Assembly: GCA_023229795.1 (NCBI GenBank)
Contig: JALNYP010000011.1
Coordinates: 6,515-70,514 of the forward strand
Origin: Syntrophobacterales bacterium
Lineage (GTDB): Bacteria > Desulfobacterota > Desulfobaccia > Desulfobaccales > 0-14-0-80-60-11
Direction of reading: 5' to 3'
Length of the DNA stretch: 64,000 nucleotides
Part shown: one piece after another, positions 1 to 8,991 of the stretch
How the letters are laid out: each line of letters opens with the position of its first letter
Numbering within the stretch: the stretch's first letter is position 1
Program-made: the position numbers and the translations under genes
The notes under the pieces: generated by a model
What the model was told of the DNA's origin: nothing
Database searches by the model: none
The model's input: the letters and a program-made list of their open reading frames with translations, nothing else

Positions 1-205
1 AAGCGCACACGTAGGTGAGCTGGTCATCTAAAATCCTGACCTCCACCCGGAAGGGTTGCTCATCCATGACCACTCCCCGCAGACGATCAGGCAAGCGATA
101 GCCGTGCTTGACCTGGTGATTCTCGACCAGGGCCCGGGCCTTGTCGTTATCTTCCGGCGTCCCGATCTGGTCCAGCGTCTGGGCGTCTAAATCTTCAAAC
201 CGCAT
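1..205 (-). CDS. hypothetical protein, N-terminal part only (gene continues past left edge)
   Basis: Not in ORF track (no stop in window). Minus-strand ATG at 205-203 with AAGGA about 14 nt upstream; frame stays open to position 2 (MRFEDLDAQTLDQIGTPEDNDKARALVENHQVKHGYRLPDRLRGVVMDEQPF...). No family recognised. Confidence 0.35.
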   Translation of the reverse strand, partial: MRFEDLDAQTLDQIGTPEDNDKARALVENHQVKHGYRLPDRLRGVVMDEQPFRVEVRILDDQLTYVCA

Positions 206-290
206 GGTATTGTACAATTCCTTAATTATTTTATTAAAATTTAACACATTGGCGGCACATGGCAACCACTTATTGACCGATTTGAGGCAA

Positions 291-983
291 TTACCAAATT
301 TTTTTCCCCCCGGGAAAGTATGCCTGGCTCTGGAGGAAAAGACGGTTGAGTCGGACTTCCAGTTCCTGGCGCAGGCCTGCCAGGGCCGCCCCCCGGTCTT
401 CGGGCCACACCCGCAGGGGTTCTCCCACCAGCAGGGCCAGCCGGCTGAACGGCAGCGGCAGTTCGAAACGGTCCCAGGTGGCAAAGGTATGCTTGCGGCT
501 GGCGGCCACCGCCACGGGCAGGATGGGTCCCTGGGTCTCCCGGGCCAGGTAGAGGATGCCCTTTTGGGCCACCCGGGCCGGACCCCGGGAGCCATCGGCA
601 ATCATGCCGCAACTATAGCCCCGGCGGAACCAGGCCGCCATCTCATGCAGGGTCTGCACCCCGCCCTTATGCCGGGACCCGAAGAGCACGGTGAACCCCA
701 GGCCCCGGGCCACCTCCGCAATAAACTCCCCATCCCGGCTGGGGCTGGCCATCAGCACCATGGGGGGGTGGCTCCCCGTATACCGGTGGGCGTTGAACAG
801 CGGGCTGAGCAAGTGGCAGTGCCAGGTGGTATAGATGACCGGCGGCCCCGTGGCCATGAGCCTCTCGACCTCCGGCGACGCCACCAGCTCACTCGGACAG
901 GTCCGGAGGTAAGTCTGCACCAGGCGCCGCGCCAGGGCAGGAGCCTGGCGGCGCCATAGAGGATGGTCTAAGCGCAGTTTCAT
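291..983 (-). CDS. DUF374-domain protein (lysophospholipid acyltransferase-like)
   Basis: 230-aa ORF; TWHCHLL...ASPSRDGEFIAEVARGLGF...HKGG...IADGSRGPARV matches the DUF374/LPLAT-like pattern as I remember it. Confidence 0.7.
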   Translation of the reverse strand: MKLRLDHPLWRRQAPALARRLVQTYLRTCPSELVASPEVERLMATGPPVIYTTWHCHLLSPLFNAHRYTGSHPPMVLMASPSRDGEFIAEVARGLGFTVLFGSRHKGGVQTLHEMAAWFRRGYSCGMIADGSRGPARVAQKGILYLARETQGPILPVAVAASRKHTFATWDRFELPLPFSRLALLVGEPLRVWPEDRGAALAGLRQELEVRLNRLFLQSQAYFPGGKKIW

Positions 984-1042
984 GGAGAAATGGACTGGGG
1001 CGCAGGGCGCATCCTACCAAACCTTGGACCGGCCGCTGAGAG

Positions 1043-1417
1043 CTATTTCTTGGACTCCAGGCGTTCCAGGACCTTGGGAGTATAAAGGTCGTGCTCCAGC
1101 AATTGGGCCGACACCGGCCGCATCATGTTGAGCTTCATCACCAGGAAATTGAGCCGGCGCATCTGCTTGAGCTTTTCAGCCTCATCGGGCATGGATGCCA
1201 CCAGATCCTGCAGTTGCACGACTTCTTTCCGCAGTTCCAACTCCGGCGGCAAGCAGTCGGCATTCTTCAGGATCTTATACGCCATGCGCAGTTCCAGGGG
1301 AATGTGGGCGTCCTCTTCCAGGTTGAGAGGCTGGCCCCGGCCCTCCAGGTCGTCAAATTCCCCGGCCTCCATGGCCACCTTGATCCGGTTTTCGGCGAGC
1401 TTGGCAAAACATTCCAT
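1043..1417 (-). CDS. DUF1992 (DnaJC28-type domain) protein
   Basis: 124-aa ORF; IKVAMEAGEFDDLEGRGQPL...LRMAYKILKNADCLPPELELRKE is the DUF1992 signature. Confidence 0.7.
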   Translation of the reverse strand: MECFAKLAENRIKVAMEAGEFDDLEGRGQPLNLEEDAHIPLELRMAYKILKNADCLPPELELRKEVVQLQDLVASMPDEAEKLKQMRRLNFLVMKLNMMRPVSAQLLEHDLYTPKVLERLESKK

Positions 1418-1475
1418 AGATGGTTCTCTGAATTATTCTAAAGGTAGGGGCGCCTTGCGCCGGCATCTCTTCAAC

Positions 1476-1934
1476 TTATCGCCGCTTCTTGGCCCGGTCC
1501 ATTTCCCGTTCCTGTTCCCGGCGTTTGATAGTTTCCCGTTTGTCCACCTGCTTTTTCCCCCGGGCCAGGGCGATCTCCACCTTGGCATGTTGATCCCTAA
1601 AGTACATCCGCAGAGGGATCAGGGTATAACCCCGCTCTTGGACTTTACCCAAGAGACGCCGCAATTCCCAGCGGTGCAGCAACAGCTTGCGGGGCCGCTC
1701 CGGGTTGTGGCTGTCAATGGCGGCGTGGGAATAAGGACTGATATGGACATTATACAGATAGAGGTCCCCGTCCTTGAAGCGGGCGTGGGCATCGTTGATA
1801 TTGGCTTTTCCCTGCCGCAGGGCCTTGACTTCCGTACCCTTCAATACCAGCCCGGCTTCATAGATGTCGTCAATGGCATACTCGAAGTAGGCCTTGCGGT
1901 TGCGGCAGATGACTTTCAGGTCGTCTTCTTTCAT
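1476..1934 (-). CDS. smpB: SsrA-binding protein SmpB
   Basis: 152-aa ORF with SmpB pattern (KAYFEY, GTEVKALR, LLLHRWEL, basic C-tail); 4-nt overlap with ptsI stop. Confidence 0.95.
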   Translation of the reverse strand: MKEDDLKVICRNRKAYFEYAIDDIYEAGLVLKGTEVKALRQGKANINDAHARFKDGDLYLYNVHISPYSHAAIDSHNPERPRKLLLHRWELRRLLGKVQERGYTLIPLRMYFRDQHAKVEIALARGKKQVDKRETIKRREQEREMDRAKKRR

Positions 1935-3715
1935 GGGACTCGATTGGTGGCCAGCGGACGGCCGAACCGGAAAATATCCGGAAAACGGTGATCCATTTCC
2001 CGGCTGACATAGTCATTGACTTCCTCTACCGTGGCCAGCTCCAGGGCCTGGCGGGCGATTTCCTGGGCCTCATCCAGGGAGGTCATGCGGATGACCCGTT
2101 TGACCACCGGAATGGAAGTGGGATTCATGGAAAACTCCTCCACCCCCAGCCCCAGGAGCACCGGGATATAGAGCGGATCGCCGGCCATCTCGCCGCACAT
2201 GGCGACCCGGATGCCGGCCTTGCGGCTTACCTGGACCACGTCCTGGACCATACGCATCACCGCGGGATGCAAGGGCTCGTACATGTCCGCCACGGACTTG
2301 TTGCCCCGGTCGATAGCCAGGGCATACTGAATCAGGTCATTGGTGCCGATGCTGAAAAAATCCGCCTCCCGGGTCAGGAGGTCCGCCAGGGTGACGGCCG
2401 CGGGCACTTCGATCATGGCCCCCACCGACACCTTGCTGGCAAAGGCAATGCCCTCCCGGTTCAGCTCTCCCTTCACCGACTCCAGCAGGAGCCGGGCCTC
2501 GTGCAATTCCCGGGGACTCGAGATCAGGGGAAACATGATCCTGACCTGGCCAAAGGCCGAGGCCCGCAGGATGGCCTTAAGCTGGGTCCGAAAAATTCTT
2601 TGTTCCTTGAGGCAAAAACGGATAGCCCGGAGCCCCAGGGCCGGGTTCATTTCCGGGGCGTACTCCAACGGGGAAAGAAACTTGTCGCCCCCGATGTCCA
2701 GGGTCCGGATAGTGACCTCCCTGGGACCCATGGCCTCCACCACCTGCCGGTAGTTCTGGAACAGTTCTTCCTCCGTAGGCAACTGGCGCTGGCGCAGATA
2801 AAGGAACTCGGTGCGGTAGAGACCCACCCCGTCGGCGCCGTACTTGTGGGCCAGGGAGACTTCTTCCGGTAGTTCGATGTTGGCCAGCACCCGGCTGGGG
2901 TGGCCGTCGCTGGTAACCGCCGGCAGGGCGCTGCCCTGGGTCACCTCCAATTTGAAGGTCTCGAATTCCTCTTTGCGGACCTGGTAACTCCGGCGCATGG
3001 CGTCGTCCGGGTTGACGATCACCCGACCGGTGAGGCCGTTAATGATCACTTCCTCCCCGGGTTCGATCTCCAGGGTGGCGCTGTCCAGCCCTACCACCGC
3101 AGGAATTTCCAGGGAATGGGCGATGATGGCCGTGTGCGAAGTCTTGCCGCCCCGCTCGGTGATAAAGCCCATCACCTGGGAACTGGTCATGTGGGTGGTT
3201 TCCATCGGGGACAGATCCCGGGCCACGATGATCACCGGTTCAGGAAATTCAAAGAGCTTGCTGGCCGTGCGGCCGGTCAGGTGCCCCAACAGGCGGCGAT
3301 AGACCGCCTCCACGTCCTGGATGCGCCCCCGGATATGTTTGTCCCCGATGCGCTGAAACACTTCCTTGATCTTCAGGAACGCCTGGTACAGAGCCCGTTC
3401 GGCATTAAAATTCTGCTCTTTGATGAGCTTCTGGGTCTCCTGCAGCAGCATCCGATCCCTAAGGATGAGCAGGTGCAGCTCCAGGATATGGGCATGCTCT
3501 TTCAGGTCCGGGGCGATCTCCTGCCGCAGGCGGGTGATTTCCTCTTCGGTCTGGTCCACCGCCCGGTTGAAGCGCTCCAGCTCCGCCTGCACCTCCTCCC
3601 GGGTGTAGAGCAGGCGCGTCGACACCTGCCCCTCCTGGGTCAGGACGTGGGCCAGCCCGATGACGATGCCGGGCGAGGCGGGGATACCTTCAAGGAGGCG
3701 ATTTTTGCGGCTCAT
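1931..3715 (-). CDS. ptsI: phosphoenolpyruvate-protein phosphotransferase (PTS enzyme I)
   Basis: 594-aa ORF; GGKTSHTAIIA phospho-His region, PEP-utilizer C-terminal motifs (GTNDLIQY, CGEMAG). Confidence 0.95.
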   Translation of the reverse strand: MSRKNRLLEGIPASPGIVIGLAHVLTQEGQVSTRLLYTREEVQAELERFNRAVDQTEEEITRLRQEIAPDLKEHAHILELHLLILRDRMLLQETQKLIKEQNFNAERALYQAFLKIKEVFQRIGDKHIRGRIQDVEAVYRRLLGHLTGRTASKLFEFPEPVIIVARDLSPMETTHMTSSQVMGFITERGGKTSHTAIIAHSLEIPAVVGLDSATLEIEPGEEVIINGLTGRVIVNPDDAMRRSYQVRKEEFETFKLEVTQGSALPAVTSDGHPSRVLANIELPEEVSLAHKYGADGVGLYRTEFLYLRQRQLPTEEELFQNYRQVVEAMGPREVTIRTLDIGGDKFLSPLEYAPEMNPALGLRAIRFCLKEQRIFRTQLKAILRASAFGQVRIMFPLISSPRELHEARLLLESVKGELNREGIAFASKVSVGAMIEVPAAVTLADLLTREADFFSIGTNDLIQYALAIDRGNKSVADMYEPLHPAVMRMVQDVVQVSRKAGIRVAMCGEMAGDPLYIPVLLGLGVEEFSMNPTSIPVVKRVIRMTSLDEAQEIARQALELATVEEVNDYVSREMDHRFPDIFRFGRPLATNRVP

Positions 3716-4005
3716 GTTTCCTCAAACTTCCGGGCAAACAGCGAGGTGATGAAGGTGGCGGCTTCCCGAGCCTGGGGGCCTCGGGCGCGCAGCACCAGCC
3801 TGGTCCCCTGGGGGCAGTCCAGGGCCAGAACCGACAGCAAATCCCGGGCGTCCACCACCTGGCCGTCTTTTTCCAGGCTGAGGTCGGCATCGAACTGCCG
3901 GGCCCCGGTGGCGATCTTGGCCGCCGGCCGGGCGTGGATACCCAGGCGGTTTTCCACCCAGAGTTCCTTCTCTATGGTCCAAAGATCAGTCGCTTGTGTC
4001 GCCAT
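3712..4005 (-). CDS. ptsH: HPr-family phosphocarrier protein
   Basis: 97-aa ORF with HPr active site GIHARPA; 4-nt overlap with ptsI start. Confidence 0.9.
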   Translation of the reverse strand: MATQATDLWTIEKELWVENRLGIHARPAAKIATGARQFDADLSLEKDGQVVDARDLLSVLALDCPQGTRLVLRARGPQAREAATFITSLFARKFEET

Positions 4006-4058
4006 GGCCTCATAAATTCAGTTTGGATTATTGAAGCTGCTCCAGGTCTAAAATAACC

Positions 4059-4087
4059 GGTGGGGCGGGCCTCTGTGCCCGCCACCC
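4059..4087. repeat. REP-like palindrome, family B' (GGTGGGGCGGGCCTCTGTGCCCGCCACC)
   Basis: Near-identical copy at 53795-53820. Confidence 0.8.
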
Positions 4088-4174
4088 TCTATTGGTGCGC
4101 ACCCTGTTGGTTCTGTCTCCCCATTAACCTGCCAGCCGCAGCCGGTCGGTCTCTCACCCCTTGTCTGCCAAGGT

Positions 4175-5017
4175 TTATTCCAGCCGCCCTTGCCCCTTCA
4201 GGGCCAGATAGGCCTGGTACACCTGCCGCCGGGGCGCCCCCAGATCCGCAGCCACCCGGTCGGCCAGGCGCCGCCCGGTCAAATCGTGCTCCCGGGCCGC
4301 GGCCAGCAGGTGCCCCTCCAGATCCACCGGAGCCGCTGCTACTTCCTGCGGGCAGGAAAGCACCAGGGCGCATTCCCCTTTGATCTCCCGGTCCTGTAGC
4401 TCCCGGGCGATCTCCGCAACCGGCCCCCGCCAGGTCTCCTCAAATTTCTTGGTGAGCTCCCGCACCACCAGGACCTCCCGGTGGGGCATGGCGCCGGCTA
4501 CTTCCGTGAGCGTCCGGGCCAGGCGTCCCGGGGCTTCATACATGATAATCACCCGGTTCTCCGCTGCCAGGGCCTGGAGCATTTTTAGACGCCGGCCCTC
4601 GCCCCGGGGCAGGAAACCCACAAACAGTATATCCCCTTTGAACCCCGAAAGCGAGAGCGCCGCCACCCCGGCGGCCGGCCCGGGCACGGCTTCCACCCGC
4701 ACCCCCGCCTCCCAGGCCCGGGCCACCAGGTCGGCGCCGGGGTCCGAAAATCCCGGGGTCCCGGCGTCGGTCACTATGGCAATATTTTCTCCGGTCATGA
4801 GCCGTCGGACCAACTCCGGGCCCCGGCTCGTCTGATTGTGGGCGTGGTAGCTGATCAGCGGCGTCCTGATGCCGTAATGGGTCAAAAGCTTCCGGGTGTG
4901 GCGGGTGTCCTCCGCGGCGATCAGGTCCGCCTCTTTGAGCACCCTCAGAGCCCGTAAGGTAATATCCTCCAGGTTGCCGATGGGCGTGGCGACGATATAA
5001 AGGGTGCCGACGGCCAT
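4175..5017 (-). CDS. rsmI: 16S rRNA (cytidine1402-2'-O)-methyltransferase RsmI
   Basis: 280-aa ORF; GTLYIVATPIGNLEDITLRALRVLKEADLIAAEDTRHT N-terminus typical of RsmI. Confidence 0.9.
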   Translation of the reverse strand: MAVGTLYIVATPIGNLEDITLRALRVLKEADLIAAEDTRHTRKLLTHYGIRTPLISYHAHNQTSRGPELVRRLMTGENIAIVTDAGTPGFSDPGADLVARAWEAGVRVEAVPGPAAGVAALSLSGFKGDILFVGFLPRGEGRRLKMLQALAAENRVIIMYEAPGRLARTLTEVAGAMPHREVLVVRELTKKFEETWRGPVAEIARELQDREIKGECALVLSCPQEVAAAPVDLEGHLLAAAREHDLTGRRLADRVAADLGAPRRQVYQAYLALKGQGRLE

Positions 5018-5108
5018 ATTAACCCACGAGTTTCTCTAGAAGATGCTTGCATACGCCGCCGCCGGGGGGCGGCGGCGCCACATCTTCATAATTTTGCGTA
5101 TCGCTCGC

Positions 5109-5447
5109 TTAGAACGCTTCCTGAATAATCTCCACCTGGGCCTCATCCGCTTCCAGGAGAATGGCCACCACATCAAAGCGCACCAGCACGTCCTCGCCCA
5201 GGCGCTTCTGTTTCAGATAATAAGCCGCCAGGCGCCGCAGGCGCTGCTGCTTGGCAACAGACACCGCCTCCTGAGGGCTGCCGAACCTCAGGCTCTTCCG
5301 GGTCTTGACCTCCACGATCACCAGCGTCTTCCCCTGCCGGGCGATGAGGTCGATCTCGCCCAAAGGCGTCACGTAATTGCGCTCCAGGATTTTATAACCC
5401 TGCTTTTTTAAAGCCGCCGCGGCCAGGTCTTCGCCTTGATCACCCAA
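5109..5447 (-). CDS. yraN: YraN-family (UPF0102) protein, alternative independent start
   Basis: Same frame as the 324-aa ORF. TTG at 5447-5445 (RRQ-L-GDQGEDL) would give a normal-length 112-aa YraN. rnhB-yraN adjacency is a widely conserved pair. Confidence 0.5.
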   Translation of the reverse strand: MGDQGEDLAAAALKKQGYKILERNYVTPLGEIDLIARQGKTLVIVEVKTRKSLRFGSPQEAVSVAKQQRLRRLAAYYLKQKRLGEDVLVRFDVVAILLEADEAQVEIIQEAF

Positions 5448-6083
5448 CTGCCGCCTGGAAGGAGAGGGCGGACACGCAGGTCCGCCCCTACCTCTTGTCG
5501 CAATCGGGTTGCTCTTGAAGGTGGCTAACCAGCGATCAAAATCATCCACTCCCTGGGGCCGCGGATTCTCTCGGTCTAATTCCCATTTCTGGGGGTTATA
5601 TTTAATGTACTCTCGGATGCGGTTTAAGGCCTCATCATTGCGGATCACGTGCTCGTAAAAACTCCGTTGCCAGAGGTGATCCTTAAACTGCTTCCATCCA
5701 TGTTCTTTGACGCCATGAATATATTCATTCGTCGACATCGTCTTAAACCACTGCACTATCTTTTGTAGGGGCGCACCTGTGTGTGCGCCCTCGATGTCAG
5801 GCGACGAAGAACTTGCTATAAAAACGATGCCATGGAAATGGTTCGGCATAACCACGCAGTATTCATCTACTTTGGCTGGCTTAAATTTCCGTTCTAATTC
5901 TTTCCACCATCTTACCACCGAAATTCCGGCCTGGTTTAAACACATCTTTCCATTGCGAATCTCCCCAAAGAGACATTCCCGGTTTTGAACACATACCGTG
6001 ACAAAATAGGCCCCCTCCTGGGAATAATCATAACCAGATAAACGGGGGGATTTCCGATGCCACATCATTCTCCTCTCACCCAT
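5109..6083 (-). CDS. continuous ORF: RAYT-type HUH/Y1 transposase-like N-terminal module joined in frame to a YraN (UPF0102) endonuclease-like C-terminal module
   Basis: 324-aa ORF. Residues 1-195: VMPNHFHGIV (HUH) and WQRSFYEHVIRNDEALNRIREYI (Tyr helix). Residues 213-324: LGDQGEDLAAAALKKQGYKILERNY...IDLIA...IVEVKTR (YraN). The joint is a translated REP (RGRGGPACPPS). Confidence 0.75.
   Translation of the reverse strand: MGERRMMWHRKSPRLSGYDYSQEGAYFVTVCVQNRECLFGEIRNGKMCLNQAGISVVRWWKELERKFKPAKVDEYCVVMPNHFHGIVFIASSSSPDIEGAHTGAPLQKIVQWFKTMSTNEYIHGVKEHGWKQFKDHLWQRSFYEHVIRNDEALNRIREYIKYNPQKWELDRENPRPQGVDDFDRWLATFKSNPIATRGRGGPACPPSPSRRQLGDQGEDLAAAALKKQGYKILERNYVTPLGEIDLIARQGKTLVIVEVKTRKSLRFGSPQEAVSVAKQQRLRRLAAYYLKQKRLGEDVLVRFDVVAILLEADEAQVEIIQEAF
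5464..6083 (-). mobile_element. RAYT gene with associated family-A REP units, inserted between rnhB and yraN
   Basis: HUH/Y1 transposase-like coding region. Family-A REP at its 3' side (5464-5492) and a second one inside the coding sequence (5765-5790). Visibly lower GC than flanks. Confidence 0.65.
5765..5790. repeat. REP-like palindrome, family A, inside the RAYT coding sequence
   Basis: GTAGGGGCGCACCTGTGTGTGCGCCC; translated in frame as EGAHTGAPLQ. Confidence 0.8.
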
Positions 6084-6700
6084 TCCCTCACGCCCCGGAA
6101 GGTGCGGCGGTGGAGAGGGCAGGGGCCCCAGCAGCGCAGGGCCTCGAGGTGTTCGGCGGTGGCGTAGCCCTTGTGCCGGGCGAAATTATATTGGGGAAAG
6201 CGCCGGTGGCAGGCCTCCATCAGCCGGTCCCGATAGACCTTGGCCACCACGGAGGCCGCGGAAATAGAGGGACAACGATCGTCCCCTTTGATCACCGGTT
6301 GTTGGGGAAGGCTCAGGGGCAGGGGTTGGTTGCCGTCCACCAGGACCATCTGGGGGACCTGGGACAGATTGCGGATGGCCAGGGCCATGGCCTTCAAGGA
6401 GGCGGCCAGGATACCCTGGGCCTCGATCTGGCGGGGGCCCACCTCGCGAATCGACAGGGCCAGGGCCTGGCTCCGGATCTGGAGATCCAGCTCCGCCCTG
6501 ACCTCCGGGCTGAGGCGCTTGGAATCCCTGAGTCCGGGAAATGCGACGCCGGCTGGGAGGATGACGGCCGCGGCCACCACCGGACCCGCCAGGGGGCCCC
6601 GGCCCACCTCGTCCACGCCGGCTATGAAGGTCAATCCCTGAAGACGCCAAAAACCTTCCGGGTCAGCAAGTACGTCGATGCTGCCCGGAGGGTGGCTCAT
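6065..6700 (-). CDS. rnhB: ribonuclease HII
   Basis: 211-aa ORF; [31 protein letters not shown] motifs; sits between rplS and yraN as usual. Confidence 0.9.
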   Translation of the reverse strand: MSHPPGSIDVLADPEGFWRLQGLTFIAGVDEVGRGPLAGPVVAAAVILPAGVAFPGLRDSKRLSPEVRAELDLQIRSQALALSIREVGPRQIEAQGILAASLKAMALAIRNLSQVPQMVLVDGNQPLPLSLPQQPVIKGDDRCPSISAASVVAKVYRDRLMEACHRRFPQYNFARHKGYATAEHLEALRCWGPCPLHRRTFRGVREWVRGE

Positions 6701-7050
6701 AACATCGGGGTCCGCTTTTCCTTGATCCGGGCGGCCTTGCCCTTCCGCTCTCTCAGGTAATAGAGGCGGCCCTGGCGGACTTTACCCCGGGTCAGCACCA
6801 CCACCTGGTCGATGTTGGGCGAATGAATGGGGAAGATGCGCTCCACCCCCACGCCATAGGAGACCTTGCGCACCGTAAAGCTGGCGCCGGACAGGCCGCC
6901 GTGCTTGCGGATGACCACCCCTTTGAAGACCTGGATGCGCTCCTTGTCCCCTTCCACGATGCGTACATGCACTTCCACGGTGTCCCCGGGGCGAAAGGCC
7001 GGCAAATCCGCCCGCATCTGCTCCCGGGATAATTGATCTACACGTTCCAT
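6697..7050 (-). CDS. rplS: 50S ribosomal protein L19
   Basis: ORF 6697-7185 trimmed to ATG 7050 (AGGTGAGGAA upstream); [29 protein letters not shown] is canonical L19. Confidence 0.95.
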   Translation of the reverse strand: MERVDQLSREQMRADLPAFRPGDTVEVHVRIVEGDKERIQVFKGVVIRKHGGLSGASFTVRKVSYGVGVERIFPIHSPNIDQVVVLTRGKVRQGRLYYLRERKGKAARIKEKRTPML

Positions 7051-7058
7051 TTCCTCAC

Positions 7059-7796
7059 CTATCCTTCGCCTGGCGCCTGGGCCAGGGATTTGATAAATTC
7101 TCGGTCTTCCTTGCTGAGCTCGGCCTTGGCCAGCAAATCCGGCCGCCGCCGCACCGTGCGCTCCAGGGACCGTTGCCGCCGCCACCGGGCGATCCTGGCG
7201 TGGTCGCCTTCCAGCAGCACCTGGGGCGCCTCCCGGCCTTCGAAGACCCGGGGCCGGGTGTAATGCGGATATTCCAGGAGGCCATCCTGGAACGATTCTT
7301 CTTCCGTGGCCCCTTCGCCGCCCAGGACGCCGGGCAGCAGCCGGGTCACCGCGTCGGCCACGATCAGAGCCGGGATTTCACCCCCGGTCAGAATATAATC
7401 GCCTATTGACAACTCTTCATCAATATAAAAATGAATCCGGTCGTCCACGCCCTCATAATGCCCGCAGATGAGCAAGAGGTGCCGGCAGCCGGCCAGTTGC
7501 CCGGCCTTGGCCTGGCTGAACACCGGGCCCCCGGGGCCCAGCAGGATCACCCGGGTGGCCGGATCTTCCTGCCGCACCGCCCGGATAGCCGCCGCCAGCG
7601 GCTCGATTTTCATGACCATGCCGGGGCCGCCGCCGAAGGGCCGGTCGTCCGTCACCTGGTGCCGGTCCACGGTATAGTCCCGCAGGTTCAGCACCCGGTA
7701 GATGACCGCTCCCTGGGCCTGGGCCCGCTGGAGCATGCTCTGGCTCAAGGGCGACCTGAAAAACTCGGGAAACAGGGTCAACAGGTCGATCTGCAT
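7059..7796 (-). CDS. trmD: tRNA (guanine37-N1)-methyltransferase TrmD
   Basis: ORF 7059-8144 trimmed to ATG 7796; [13 protein letters not shown]...[13 protein letters not shown]...[11 protein letters not shown]...[11 protein letters not shown]. Confidence 0.95.
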   Translation of the reverse strand: MQIDLLTLFPEFFRSPLSQSMLQRAQAQGAVIYRVLNLRDYTVDRHQVTDDRPFGGGPGMVMKIEPLAAAIRAVRQEDPATRVILLGPGGPVFSQAKAGQLAGCRHLLLICGHYEGVDDRIHFYIDEELSIGDYILTGGEIPALIVADAVTRLLPGVLGGEGATEEESFQDGLLEYPHYTRPRVFEGREAPQVLLEGDHARIARWRRQRSLERTVRRRPDLLAKAELSKEDREFIKSLAQAPGEG

Positions 7797-7825
7797 CCGC
7801 TTATCAGCGTTCCTTGGGGCTGAGC

Positions 7826-8353
7826 TTACAACAATCCTTCCGGAGGCGAGGCCTTGATTACCCCTTCCTCCAGGTTGATTTCGATGATGACGTCCTCCAC
7901 CGCGGGCAGCAGCAGCTCCTGTTCTCCCTGACGCACCACGTAAACGTCGTGGCCCGGGGTGGAGATGATGCTCTCCAGGTGTCCCAACAGGGTGCCGTCG
8001 GCCGCGTCGACTACGGCCAAACCCAGCACCTGGAACCAGTAATATTCCCCTTCGGGCAGCGGCGGGAACCGCCGGGGGTCCCCCTGGACCTCCAGCCCCG
8101 CCAGCTCTTCCGCCCGGCTGCGGCTGAGTACGTCTGTCAGGCACAGCAGCACCTGGTTCTTATGGCGCCGGGCTTCGAGCACCCGGTAGCTCTTGCCGCC
8201 GATCCAGACTTCGCCTAAAGCCGCAAACACCTCCGGGTCCGTGGTGGCCGCGTCCGCGTCCGCCCGGACCTTGACGGCGCCCTTAATGCCCTGGGCTCCG
8301 GAAATGCGCCCCAAGCCGATCAGCGGGCCGGGGGCCGTCTGCCTGCTACTCAA
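7826..8353 (-). CDS. rimM: ribosome maturation factor RimM
   Basis: 175-aa ORF; [16 protein letters not shown]-terminal barrel and PRC-type C-terminus; conserved position between KH gene and trmD. Confidence 0.88.
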   Translation of the reverse strand: MSSRQTAPGPLIGLGRISGAQGIKGAVKVRADADAATTDPEVFAALGEVWIGGKSYRVLEARRHKNQVLLCLTDVLSRSRAEELAGLEVQGDPRRFPPLPEGEYYWFQVLGLAVVDAADGTLLGHLESIISTPGHDVYVVRQGEQELLLPAVEDVIIEINLEEGVIKASPPEGLL

Positions 8354-8576
8354 TGATTTCCAGGACCGCCCGTTTGCGAATCTTGGTGGACGCGGCGCTG
8401 AGAATGGTGCGCATCGCCCGGGCGGTGCGTCCTTGCTTGCCGATCACCTTCCCCAGATCTTCTTTGGCTACCTTCAGTTCGATAACTGAGGTTTGCTCCC
8501 CTTGGATTTCCTTGACCTCCACCTGTTCAGGATTATCTACCAGTGACTGGGCGATGAACTTCACCAACTCCTTCAT
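8346..8576 (-). CDS. KH-domain RNA-binding protein (YlqC/UPF0109-like)
   Basis: ORF trimmed to ATG 8576 (GAGGTG 6 nt upstream); [21 protein letters not shown]...[15 protein letters not shown]. Confidence 0.85.
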   Translation of the reverse strand: MKELVKFIAQSLVDNPEQVEVKEIQGEQTSVIELKVAKEDLGKVIGKQGRTARAMRTILSAASTKIRKRAVLEIIE

Positions 8577-8635
8577 AGTAGTCACCTCTGTCAAGGGATA
8601 GGGCGATCAACCTCCCTGGTGCTTCTGGGCCGCCT

Positions 8636-8893
8636 TTAGGCTTCCGGCGCGGCTGCTCCACGGGGCCGCTTCAGCAGGCTGGCCACCGTATCAGTGGGGG
8701 TTGCCCCCTTGCCCACCCACTCCTGCAGCAGGTCTTCTTTCACCGATACCGCTGCCGGTTCCTGGCGCGGATCATAGGTGCCGATAATATCCAGAAAGCT
8801 ACCGTTCCGGGGAGACTCACTGTTGCTCACCACGATGCGATAGAATGGGCGCTTTTTCGCGCCGTAACGGGCCAAACGTATACGCAATGCCAT
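8636..8893 (-). CDS. rpsP: 30S ribosomal protein S16
   Basis: ORF 8636-8968 trimmed to ATG 8893; MALRIRLARYGAKKRPFYRIVV is canonical S16. The longer ORF start lies in a REP doublet. Confidence 0.95.
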   Translation of the reverse strand: MALRIRLARYGAKKRPFYRIVVSNSESPRNGSFLDIIGTYDPRQEPAAVSVKEDLLQEWVGKGATPTDTVASLLKRPRGAAAPEA

Positions 8894-8928
8894 GGACGCT
8901 GCTGTAACCTCCTTAGGTTTGATGGGGC

Positions 8929-8984
8929 GTAGGGGCGGACTCAGATGTCCGCCCTCAAAGGCGCACACCCAGGTGCGCCCTTAC
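8929..8984. repeat. family-A REP doublet
   Basis: GTAGGGGCGGACTCAGATGTCCGCCC + TCAAAGGCGCACACCCAGGTGCGCCCTTAC between ffh stop and rpsP start. Confidence 0.85.
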
Positions 8985-8991
8985 AAAAAAG

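Noticed and set aside
141-959. 272-aa plus-strand ORF (and nested ORFs 241-612, 346-552)
   Set aside because: Antisense to the well-supported DUF374 gene. Pro/Gly/Arg/Ala-rich composition is typical of spurious frames in GC-rich DNA. No motif recognised.
6697-8968. Long N-terminal extensions in the ORF track for rplS (to 7185), trmD (to 8144) and rpsP (to 8968)
   Set aside because: The extensions are Gly/Arg/Pro-rich, overlap upstream genes or REP units, and precede internal ATGs with good SD sequences and canonical protein N-termini.
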